The notes under the pieces were generated by a model that saw only the letters and a program-made list of their open reading frames with translations, was not told the origin of the DNA and ran no database searches. A DNA stretch of 64,000 bases. Origin: Macrostomum lignano (lineage: Eukaryota). The stretch is from assembly GCA_002269645.1 (NCBI GenBank), contig NIVC01000963.1:1-64000 (forward strand), read 5' to 3'. Both the position numbers and the translations under genes were made by a program. Shown here piece by piece: positions 53,342-64,000 of this stretch. Numbering within the stretch: position 1 is the first letter of the stretch; the number at the start of each line of letters is the position of its first letter.

Positions 53342-53785
53342 ATGGCACTCGAACAAACTAAGGAGGAGCGAAAGTTGACGTCGCCGTCTTTGGCACAGAC
53401 CCATATGCAGGGTCCACTAGCCGTAAATGGCAGCGGCAAAGCGCTTACCAGAGCCGAGCTCGAAGAAGTCAAAAAGGATCTCGAGAAGATCAAGGCCGAG
53501 TTCGGACTGGAGGAGCCCGTCCGCAGCTTCATGGGCGAGGAGGACACCAGTTGGATCTTCGGGGGCCCACCGGATTACTCGCTCACAAACTACCTTTACT
53601 TGAAAGGGCGAACCCACGTGCACAAGCCCGGTTCCCTCGAGCAGATCGTCGAGAATCTCGTTAAGACATGGGAAATGGAGCGCTCCCACAAGGCCGACTG
53701 CAGGCAGCACCAGTCCGTGGACCAGGAGCGATTTGCCATCTCAGCCAATGGCGGCAAGGTTTTCAACAACTCCGAGGCGCACAAG
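53342..53785 (+). CDS. Pathogen-related protein (barley PRP / SnoaL-fold family), exon 1
   Basis: WIFGGPPDYSLTNYLYLKGRT...GSLEQIVENLVKTWEMERSHK matches the family; AAG|gtaagc donor. Start may be 53300. Confidence 0.85.
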
Positions 53786-53793
53786 GTAAGCCA

Positions 53794-54066
53794 GCCATAG
53801 CATCTCATGCCATAGCATCTCATGCCATAGCATCTCATGCCATAGCATCTCATGCCATAGCATCTCATGCCATAGCATCTCATGCCATAGTATCTCATGC
53901 CATAGCATCTCATGCCATAGCATCTCATGCCATAGCATCTCATGCCATAGCATCTCATGCCATAGCATCTCATGCCATAGCATCTCATGCCATAGTATCT
54001 CATGCCATAGCATCTCATGCCATAGCATCTCATGCCATAGCATCTCATGCCATAGCATCTTATGCC
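53794..54066. repeat. 15-bp minisatellite GCCATAGCATCTCAT, ~18 copies (intronic)
   Basis: Begins 8 nt after the donor. Confidence 0.95.
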
Positions 54067-54163
54067 AAAGTGCCATTGTGTGTCAGCTCAACATTTAAAT
54101 TCTCAAAGATTCTCGAATTCTCCGCTCCGCTTGCTTTATTATGTATCTCATTCTTTCAAACAG

Positions 54164-54571
54164 GTAGGAAACTATAACGTTCTTCTCAACGCGTGCCCAG
54201 CCGACCTCTGGGATTCTGAAAAGTCTACTTGGGAGGACTCGCACCACAAGTTCCGCGAAGCCTTTGCCGCCTTTCCCTGGGAGGTCCTCCAGGTCTACAG
54301 CGGCCCCCCGAAGGTGGCATTCACCTGGCGCCACTGGGGGACCTTCACGGGAACTTACGAAGAAAACAAGGGCAAGGGCGAAAAAGTAGAAATGTTCGGC
54401 TTTGGGACAGCCGTTGTCAACGACAAGCTTCAGCTCTGCGACGTTGAGATCTTCTACAATGCCGAGGAGTTCATAAGCGTCCTGCGGGGACAGAAAACTG
54501 TTGACGAGGTCAACGCTGACTGGAACAGCGGCGCCACCTGTCCCTTTGCCGCAATGGTTGCCAAGAAGTAA
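54164..54571 (+). CDS. Pathogen-related protein, exon 2
   Basis: ttctttcaaacag acceptor; GNYNVLL...SHHKFREAF..FPWEVLQVYSGPPKVAFTWRHWGTFTG. Confidence 0.88.
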   Translation, partial: VGNYNVLLNACPADLWDSEKSTWEDSHHKFREAFAAFPWEVLQVYSGPPKVAFTWRHWGTFTGTYEENKGKGEKVEMFGFGTAVVNDKLQLCDVEIFYNAEEFISVLRGQKTVDEVNADWNSGATCPFAAMVAKK

Positions 54572-54944
54572 ATCGTCCGGAGTTTGACAATTATGGATAC
54601 CGTTATTTTCATGCGATTGATTGATATGATAATATTGATATAATATTGATATTGCAACTAAAAAAATCATTAGCCAAAAAAATTTTTTCAGACTATATTT
54701 TTAATTCCTTTTTTCAGCTGTGCGCAATAGTTGATTTGTATCTTATTACATTTTCTCGATTGCTACAATAATATTGTGATGCTTGTCACTTTCTTCGTAT
54801 ACTGATAAAGGTGCATTCTTTGTTATAAATTCATTTAAATTCTCATTTAAATTTACAATATCGTGATTTATTAGCTGAGAATTTAGTATTTGTTATTGCA
54901 TATCGAAATATTTTTGTAATATCCAATGTCTACGAGACTCAAGA

Positions 54945-55330
54945 TTATTTTGTTCTTTTTGAGTTCTTGCTCAACAAATGACCTATTCGAGCACGCCTTG
55001 CTAACAAACACTGTCTTTTTGCAGCGTCCATTTCCGTAGTAGACTTTGCAACGCTTTGAAAGTCAAGGCTGCGATTCAGTAGACTCGATGAGGTCCTGAC
55101 AGTGACGAACAGGAGGGTGAAATCTCTTAGTGGCATCGCACTCCGTGTGTACAGGATCCAGGCGTTCCGTACCAGCTGCAGGAGGAAGTAGAACAGGAGC
55201 TTGTGGAACCACTTGTATGTGCGACGGTTGGTACGTGCTGCGTCTATCCTGTCCATTCCTCCCATGCGCTTGCTGTATGCTGCAACGCTTCAGCTTCAGA
55301 GCGTCCTCCGCTCCGATTATATCAAAGTGC
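54945..55330 (-). pseudogene. piggyBac (PGBD) transposase C-terminal relic
   Basis: YSKRMGGMDRID...RRTYKWFHKLLFYFLLQLVRNAWILY matches the piggyBac YN..MGGVD..D...KW..KLFF...NAWILY motif. Confidence 0.75.
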
Positions 55331-55633
55331 AGAAGTGACCTTGGTCGACTGTGTCGAAAGTTGTAAAAACTATCTATTCCATAGATTCCGAGACGAGTAA
55401 CACGATTCAGACAGTGCTCTCCTCTGCCGCATTTCTGCTATCCATCCCCATCTCTCCTCTCGAATCTCTTCTCTCCGATATTTCCTCTCCGATCTCTCCT
55501 CTCAGATCTCTCTTCTCTCCTCTCTCCTCCCCTGTCCCTTTACCCGTTTCCTATCTGCACAACGGCAATTCCATTAAATTCCAAGTCGCAACAATCGCAA
55601 AATACTACTTTATTGACTGTGCGAGTAGAACGC

Positions 55634-55758
55634 TGTCAGATAGTTAGTTATGTGTATGGCTTGGCTAGGTCTCTCAGTTAGTTATTATTATTTGTTTATT
55701 TTTTAGATCTAGTGCACTTTTGCCACCCCAGTGTCGGTGGGGTTTGGAGTTGGTTATT

Positions 55759-55798
<40 letters not shown>

Positions 55799-58263
55799 TG
55801 TTCAGTCACCCACCCCTAATCTCTGTCTGTGCTGAGTCAGTAAATCAATATAAATAAATACAACACCGCGCGTGGAGAGTTTCACGTGTCCTTCCTTTTC
55901 TACTTCTAACTACAATCACTCGGCTCATAACCTCACATTGGCGACGAGAAAATGGCTACAACTGGTAGAATTCCAGAACTCTCTGCAAACTCTGACATTG
56001 AGGTATACCTAGAGAGGCTCGAACAATATTTCATCTGTAAAGAAGTCCGAGACGAGGCGAAGGTCGCCACGCTGGTGACCGCCATCGGAGAAGACGCTTA
56101 CAAGGTTCTTCGGAATCTGTGCCTGCCGGAAACGGTGACCTCCAAGTCATACTCAGACTTAGCTGCTGTCTTGAGGGCACATTACTCTCCCAAGACGTCA
56201 ATGTTATCCGCCAGATTCCGCTTTCAACAGCGCGTGCAGAAGCCCGGCGAGAGTCTCGCGGACTTTATTGCTGGCCTAAAGGCTGCCTCGGAGCATTGCA
56301 AATTTGAGTTCACTCTGGACGGGTCAGACGGATCCCACTGCATCAGCACTCTGGACGAGAGACTGCGCGACCAGTTTGTCTTCGGTCTCCGCAGTGACGT
56401 GCACCGTGCAAAGCTGCTGGAGATCGAACAGCCCGACTTCAAGACGCTCGTGGCCAGAGTCGACGCATTGGAGGCAGCGGAGAAATCGTCGTCGGAGATG
56501 GCGCACCGTGCTGAAGCAGTCGCCCACCTGCGCCTCCACAAGAAGCCCACTGCGCCCGAAGAGCTCAACAAGCAGGCTCCCCGTCAGTCACCCGGAGCTC
56601 AAGCCGACGCTATGCGGGCAGCTGCTGCCTCAGGCGCGTGTGCAAGCTGCGGCGGCGCCCACAGTCGGCAGCAGTGCAAGCTTCGTGAGGCCAAGTGCCA
56701 CAACTGCGGCAAAGTCGGGCACATCCGCAAGGTGTGCAGGTCTTCAAATCTGCACAAGCTGGACCCAGAGCCGGCTGAGCTGCAGGAGCCCCTCTTCAGC
56801 ATTAGGCAGAGCGGATCGAGCAAGGGTCTGGCGGTCGAGCTGCTGCTCCAAGGCAAGCCATGTCGCTTCGAGGTGGATACCGGCTCCGCCCTCACCGTCA
56901 TCCCGAAGAGTCTCCAAGAGGATGTTCTGCCGGGTCTCCGTCTGTCGCCGACATCCACGGTGCTGCGCACCTACACGGGCGAGAGCTTTCGACCCATCGG
57001 ACAGGCAGAGGTCGCGGTTCAGCACAACGGCCAAGACCGGTGGTTGACGCTGCTTGTGGTCGAGCAAGGCGACGTCGCAGTACTCGGTCGCGACTGGCTC
57101 ACTGAGCTGAGACTGGACTGGTCGACGATCCTCGGTCAAGTCAACGCGGTGACCGGACAAGCTGCTGAACCTTGGGCGAGGCTGCACCTGGACTTCGCCG
57201 GCCCCGTTAACGGTCGCACGTACCTGGTCATCGTGGACGCCTTCAGCAAGTGGCCGGAGGTTCATCAGGTGCACAGCGTTACGTCTGCTGCCACCATCGA
57301 GCGACTCCGCGAGGTCTTCGCCAGACTGGGCATTCCCGGGTGTTGGTCTCCGACAACGGCACGCAGTTCACCTCCGCGGAGTTCGGCGAGTTCACAAGGC
57401 GCAACGGCATTCGGCATGTTTTCTCGGCGCCGTTCCATCCGGCAACGAACGGCCAAGTGGAGAGGTTCGTTCAGGTGCTCAAGCGACATCTGCTCAAGAG
57501 CGGGCACTCGACGGCGGCACTGCAGCAGATGCTGCTGTCCTACCGCAACACGCCGCACTCGATCACCGGCGAGGCTCCCAGCCAGCTGCTCATCGGCCGC
57601 AGACTGCGCAGTCGGCTGGACCTGCTGATGCCATCGCTGACGAACAGCATGGAGCAGCGCCAAGAGCGGCAGGTCGAGCAGCAGCCGCATGCGCGCGAGT
57701 TTCAAGTCGGCGACCGAGTTCTACTGCGTGACTTCAGCCCCAACGCAAAGGCTGGCGGCGGCACCCGCTGGGCGGAGGGCAGCGTCGTGTCCGCTGGATC
57801 CCGCAACTGCGACGTTGAGGTCGGCGGCGCTCTCCATCGGCGGCACACGGACCAGCTGCTGACGAGCTCGCTGCCAGAGGCCGACCCGGTGACGCCGGCC
57901 GCTGTCTCCGATGAACCGCATTCGCCGCCTACCGAGCAAAGCAAAGTCGACGGCGGCAATGACGCGCCGCAGGATGACGCGGCCACCGCCGCCGCTGACC
58001 GGCCGAGCAGTCCGGCGAGGCGCTATCCGCAGCGTCGGAGGCAGCCACCTGAACGCCTGCAACTTTGATCCTGAATTTGAACTGACTCTAACTTCGAACG
58101 AACTTTGCTAGGGGATGTTTCGAACTTTAGGGGGGAGATGTCAGATAGTTAGTTATGTGTATGGCTTGGCTAGGTCTCTCAGTTAGTTATTATTATTTGT
58201 TTATTTTTTAGATCTAGTGCACTTTTGCCACCCCAGTGTCGGTGGGGTTTGGAGTTGGTTATT

Positions 58264-58311
<48 letters not shown>

Positions 58312-58450
58312 TGTTCAGTCACCCACCCCTAATCTCTGTCTGTGCTGAGTCAGTAAATCAATATAAATAAATACAACACCGCGCGTGGAGAGTTTCACGT
58401 GTCCTTCCTTTTCTACTTCTAACTACAATCACTCGGCTCATAATTTCACA
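55634..58450 (+). mobile_element. Ty3/Gypsy LTR retrotransposon, internally deleted (no RT/RNase H)
   Basis: LTRs 55634-55937 and 58139-58450 (TG...CA, near identical); PBS TGGCGACGAG at 55939 (complementary to tRNA-Ser GCU 3' end); polypurine tract AGGGGGGAGA before the 3' LTR. Confidence 0.95.
55952..58068 (+). CDS. gag-pol: Gag-protease-integrase polyprotein (frameshift ~57340)
   Basis: Gag YLERLEQYF, zinc knuckles CHNCGKVGHIRKVC, protease VDTGS, integrase HLDFAGP / SDNGTQFTS / VERF and FQVGDRV. Confidence 0.9.
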
Positions 58451-58738
58451 TAGATCAGAATGCGCATAGATCAGTGAGTTAGATAAATTGTCTTCTGCAT
58501 TCGCTGCTGCTTCTGCTGCTGCTGCTGCGGCTTTGTTGTCGCACGCGGAGATTCTCCGTCGTTGAATTCTCCGACGTCTTCCCGACTGCCGCCGCCGCCG
58601 CAGCAGCAGGGCCATGAGCCCGGCGAACAGCCCGAGACCCGCCAGGCCGCCGAGGACGTTGCCGACGATGCGGGACAGCTCGCAGGACGGCATCTCGAAG
58701 TGCTGATGGCGGCTGAAGACCTCGGCAGCTGGAGTTGC
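58451..58738 (-). CDS. Terminal exon of a single-pass membrane protein, interrupted by the Gypsy LTR
   Basis: ctctgcag acceptor; TM IVGNVLGGLAGLGLFAGLMALLL followed by RRRR; the ORF runs into the LTR. Confidence 0.65.
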
Positions 58739-59093
58739 CTGCAGAGATGGCAGAGATTGGGATTTGAGGGGAGATGAGAGCCTGATAGGAGTCAGATCGC
58801 GAGATGGGAGGTTGGAGAGTGCAGATTGGAGATAGTAGAGATGGCAGACGGGAGATGAGGGATGGCAGATGGAAGATTGGAGATGGTACATGTAGATAGC
58901 AGATTAGAGTTGATAGTAAGCATACTAGAGGTGGGAGGCCAGACATGGAACCTGCTGAGAGAATCTAGACTAAAGAATAGACATACATGAAAGAGATCGC
59001 AGACCAGTGATTGTAGACTAGATATTGAGGGTAGAGATGGAAGACTAAAAGATCGGAGACCAGAGATGTGAGACAAGAGATGAAAGACCTGAC

Positions 59094-59146
59094 TGAAGTT
59101 GCCACATTGTAAATCTTGCAGCCGCAGGTTTGAGCTAAACAACTAC
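59094..59146 (-). CDS. Small Cys-containing exon of the same membrane-protein gene
   Basis: ttttgacag acceptor and gtcagg donor; 53 nt, phase 1-0, fits the TM exon. Confidence 0.45.
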
Positions 59147-59634
59147 CTGTCAAAATTAATTGAGCAGCCGAGTCTTCAAGTCCTGATGGCTTTCCGCTGA
59201 TTTCCGCAGAACTCGCTGCTCCAGTGAGCTGAGAGCTGATTGGCTCAATAAATACTCAATCACGCAGCCTTCATTGAGATCTTTCTGAATAACTGCGTTG
59301 TTCACAGCGGGACACCCGAAGGAACTTGCACCTGCACTAAATCTATAGTCTCCATAGGGATGCTCATTAAATATTAATTAGACTGCGAGTGAGTCACCAA
59401 GAATTGATCTCAGTTTGTAGAATTAAAATTCACCGCTTTCAGCTGAGCAGAGCCATGCATGCAATTCACACGCTGTCTAGTGGAAAGCAGGTACAAACAG
59501 CTATTAGCACAACACTACTCATTGTAAGTAGCAACTGTTGTGCTGAGTCAGGAGAAGTTAGTAAAATAATTTAGTATACATGTAGGTGGATTGTGTTAGA
59601 ACTGAGTGGGTTAGCTGTCGTGTTCATCTCCAGC

Positions 59635-60330
59635 CATCTATCATCTTCTGCACTCTTCTGCCATCTTCTGCACTCTCCTGCCATCTCCTGCACTCTCCTG
59701 CCATCTTCTGCACTTTTCTGCCATCTGCACTCTTCTGCCATCTACTGCACTCTCCTGCCATCTTCTGCACTCTTCTGCCATCTTCTGCACTCTCCTGCCA
59801 TCTCCTGCACTCTCCTGCCATCTTCTGCACTCTTCTGCCATCTGCACTCTTCTGCCATCTACTGCACTCTTCTGCCATCTTCTGCACTCTTATGTCATCT
59901 CCTGCACTCTCCTGCCATCTTCTGCACTCTTCTGCCATCTTCTGCACTCTCCTGCCATCTCCTGCACTCTCCTGCCATCTGCACTCTTCTGCCATCTGCA
60001 CTCTTCTGCCATCTACTGCACTCTTCTGCCATCTTCTGCACTCTTATGTCATCTCCTTCACTCTTATGTCATCTCCTGCACTCTCCTGCCATCTTCTGCA
60101 CTCTTCTGCCATCTTCTGCACTCTCCTGCCATCTCCTGCACTCTTCTGCCATCTGCACTCTTCTGCCATCTACTGCACTCTTCTGCCATCTTCTGCACTC
60201 TTATGTCATCTCCTTCACTCTTATGTCATCTCCTGCACTCTCCTGCCATCTTCTGCACTCTTCTGCCATCTTCTGCACTCTCCTGCCATCTTCTGCACTC
60301 TCCTGCCATCTTCTGCACTCTTCTGCCATC
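59635..60330. repeat. ~21-bp degenerate minisatellite CTGCCATCTTCTGCACTCT(C/T)
   Basis: Tandem units. Confidence 0.92.
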
Positions 60331-63141
60331 TCCTGCTATCTCTTGGCTCAACCATAGACAAAATAAACCCACAGGAATGAGGAGATTGCTGTGGGAAGAG
60401 GGGTAAGGAGATTACAACTGAAAGCTAGTTTTCCATACAATAAAACAAAAAATGGGCTTTTTCAATTTCTAAAAACAAATTTTAATCCTGCACCCATGCC
60501 GCGTTGTCTATAGAAAAAATCAATCATGCTCGCAGAATCAAATAAGACTGCACTGAATCAAAGGTCTTTTGGCCATAGACTTTCACAGGGCCGTTCGCTT
60601 TTAACCTCGTTTCAGCATGCATAGGCTGACTGAAAGACACACTGTGCTGAATAAATGGTCTTCTCGATCAACTTTGTATTCTAAGAATCTCTTCTACTTT
60701 TGCATTCTAAGAATCTCTTCTACTTTCCCATAGATATTCACAGGGCCATTTGCTTAGGTGGTGGTGGCCGCAACCGAACCATACTAGCCATAGGAGCGAC
60801 ACTCTTAGCCTTTTGAGCACTATCCAGTTGACTCCTTCTTGACTGCTGCTCCTTTACCGCTAAGTGATCCTAGCTAGTAGCATGCGGTGCAAAGAAGCTA
60901 GCATGTTTGCAAGTAAGAGGTTTGTTGAATGTGAGGATTCATCTGTATTTAGGCCCACATGTGAATCATATGAATCCAACATTGATTCGCCAGATTTCAC
61001 TTCTCCTAGAGCTGGTGTGGCCCTAAATCATCAGCTGCACCAAGAGCCTCCTCCCCAGCCTCAGTTGACATAATGCTCAAGACAGAGAGTGATGCAGAGA
61101 AAAATGAAGAAAGCAGATAGTAAAGCACACACAAATACAAAAAAAGAAATGTCTGGCAGAGAAATTAAGAAAACCCAGAAGAACCTAAATCCTAATTCTA
61201 GAATGAGCATACAACCCACGAGCGAAGCTAATCTGCCAGATGGTCCCTATAGTAGCAGGCAAAAAGGGGCTAACCTGGGAATAGATTTGATTGATCTTAG
61301 TGCCAAGTTGTTGACCCAGGTGCCAAGCTGCAGCTGTGGGCCTAGTGTAGACCTGGATGCCAAACTGTAGGACAGATGCAGTTGCAGACTCAGTTGAAGA
61401 AGACAAATTAAACAGATGAATGGCGGTGATAGCCAAACCAATATTGTAGAATATGGAGAAGATGTAGCTCTTGAAGTACAGAATCCAGATGCAGTATTAA
61501 ACTTAAATCAATGTCTCTGTGGGACCTCCATTAATGTAGCAGAGCACTTGGTGCATTTCAAATAGTAAAAGAAAATGTCTGTAACTAATTTATTTAACCG
61601 TGAAATTTATTATTAATTATTCTAGGTTAGGCCTATTCATTTGATTGTATAGCTTATATCAATTGGAGCACTTGACAAATAATAATATAGCTTATATTGA
61701 AGTTACTTGGCACAATCTTGGGGGCAGTTGAGTTGCTAAGTCTGATCTAATGTTTAATTCGGTTTGGGTTGGCTCTATAGCATAATAGGGGAAATAGTCT
61801 TGTCTGGTATCACTGGAACACGGTAACGATCGGCATGCCAAGCGCAAGGAGGGAGAGGAAGAGCCTACACCAAAAACACGAAACACCGCACTCAAAACCG
61901 TGCCAAAACTGACCCCCTATAGCCTCAAATCCTAACTGCAAAAAGTGGTAACCAAAATAATAGAACAGTAGATAAAATAATAGACAGAATTTTCCTAGAA
62001 CTAAACATAAAAGGGCTTCTCCTAAACCCATTATTACAAAAAATCAATTTAAGTACACTAAAAATGGATAGAAACAAAAAAATATTATAGTAATCTGCCC
62101 AGCTATTGCCATAATGTCTGGTTGACGAATGCCGGTTGACGAAATGTCCGGTCACCGAAATGCTGCACAGACTTCATTATACTCATCGAAAAGCAATTTA
62201 GACTGATACTGTTGTTAAAATGATTATTCACACTAAAGAATAACTCTAGTAGAAAGCAATTTACTGAAGCAGTATTGACTAATATTTCTCACTCAACGAT
62301 TTGTTATAATTTACAGTTTTAAATAGTAGAAAAAGGTTTAGACTGACTATCTAGTCGGTTAAAATATTAGAACAGGGTTTTTATAACACTAATCGATTTT
62401 AGGAAGAATATTTTGTAATTTGTTTTGTTTTACTGATCATGAGGACGTTACGTTAAAATGGCGCTTAAAATAATTTTAAGTCATTTAACGATATTTTAAG
62501 CCATAAGCTACTCGAATGCACCCTTTATATTCTTAGCAAAAATGTCAGTGCTACGCGTGAAAAATTCAAATTTTCAAATACTTTTTCTACGGCTTGTAAT
62601 TTTATGCAGAAAAACAAATTTATAAACTTATTGGCTATCAGAACTTTGACTGGCACTGAAAGCTTCTAACAATAACCCAATTTTGATATTTATTTTTTTA
62701 CAGAAGTTTAGGTAAAAATCAACTTTTTCTTAAAAACGATAACAAGTTTATTGGCTTTTGAAAAAAATTGAACCTTAATAACCTTGGCTTGAGAATACGA
62801 ATTCATCACGAGCGAAATCGAATTTAAAGCAATTGTCTGAAAAATTACAAGAAATTTAAAGACGGCATATTCAAAGGTAAGCTGCATCAACCCACACTGA
62901 GCAAATTTCTGCATTCGTGAATCAGGTTTGATTTTAGGATTCATAAAAAGGTTTATAAAGTTTTTGAAAAGATACTACAATCTTATTTGTTGATGTACAT
63001 GTAGATCAAAATGTCATCAGGATTCCAGTATTACGTACGAGCCTCTATTTCACCTCACCTCTGAATGCTCACTCGCCGATGCGCGCTCAACTAACTTGTT
63101 TTACTTTGAAGTTTTGAGTTTTTACCCCCTTTGCGATGCAG

Positions 63142-64000
63142 GAGCAACCAGCCAGGACGGCCGGTGCTCACCGGAGCTCTGCTGGATGTGTCCGGCTCCA
63201 TGGAGCGGACGTTCGACAGCCGGCAGGTGGTGGGGGCAGCCAAGCAAAAGTGGGTCAGATCCATATTTCGAGTCGGTGATCAGCTGGTGAAAAAAGATGT
63301 ATCTGAAGCTAACCGGGTGTTTATGCTTGGCGTGGGGGCTCACAATGAGCCACAGGTGTTCGATGTTCTGGCGTCCATTGAGAAGGCTCGTGAGCGGGAG
63401 GAGAGGATTCGTCAAATTCAAGAGAGGTTTACATTGGATCAAATATTTGATGAAGCACTTGATATACTTCAAAGCAGTGGCGCTCCACGAGTTCGAAACT
63501 GGGCCAGGAGGAGTGTGCTGCGCTCCGTTGTCGACATTCAGACAGCCAGTATCATCCTCGACGCCCTTCGAACTGACGATGATTTTAAAGAAACATTAGC
63601 GAAACAAATTCTGCCTGATCAGTGCAGAGAATTCAAAGCCTCAAAAATTGTTTCTGAGGGATTTAATGTTTTTGGAAGAATTGCCTCTTACACGCCATTA
63701 GCACTGATTTCAAACACCGTAATGGACGGGGCAACGGAGGACAGCATGAAAAAAGTTGTTGCAGACTGTGAGAATTATTTGAAGCAGAAACGCTCGCTAG
63801 AGTCCGTTTCGGTGCGATCAGTTGTTTCTGTGACAGAAGCAGAGCAAATTCTGAACTCTGGCGGTAACAGACAAGAAAATCTGACTGATAAAAAAATCGA
63901 CGAACTTATTAAAGCCATTGAGCCCTGCATCTACGGAGCAACTCCTTTGTTAGCTTCTCTCATGCAGTCCATAATACTGTTTAGCCACGCATCCTACAAG
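63142..64000 (+). CDS. vWA-domain protein (open at the window end; absent from the ORF track)
   Basis: Manual translation is stop-free for ~286 codons: LLDVSGSM (MIDAS DxSxS, D at 63185) and IEPCIYGATPLLASL (vWA G.TPL motif); possible acceptor tgcag at 63141. Confidence 0.8.

Noticed and set aside
60864-61560. Possible coding region on the + strand
   Set aside because: Fragmented by stops in all frames; no motif.
62110-62162. GTTGACGAA/CGAAATG short repeats as a transposon end
   Set aside because: No partner end or TSD found in the window.

Overview
Eukaryotic (metazoan) genomic DNA: GC-rich spliced exons separated by introns made almost entirely of minisatellite arrays. The style resembles a Macrostomum-like flatworm assembly (inference only). 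Left to right: (1) 1-6939, right part of an AT-rich Polinton/Maverick-like endogenous DNA virus (PrimPol-PriCT2-D5 helicase, protein-primed PolB with an EndoVII-like insert, a membrane protein), ending in an AGT-repeat terminus that forms a fold-back hairpin. It lies downstream of an open splice donor of (2) an anoctamin/TMEM16 gene (- strand, 6 exons traced, 7325-12675). (3) LDL-receptor-family gene (- strand, about 15375-25934). (4) Fer3/FERD3L bHLH gene (36131-37023). (5) A 295-bp TIR/8-bp-TSD MITE carrying a 28S rRNA fragment mutated at the R2/I-PpoI site. (6) A plant/fungal-type pathogen-related protein gene (+). (7) A piggyBac relic and a young, RT-less Ty3/Gypsy element inserted in the last exon of a single-pass membrane gene. 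(8) A vWA-domain ORF running off the end. Most long ORFs in the supplied track are artefacts of tandem repeats. Several single-base frameshifts look like long-read indel errors, so pseudogene calls are provisional. Best leads: the rRNA-carrying MITE, minisatellites that are amplified splice junctions, and the hairpin-ended Polinton-like element.
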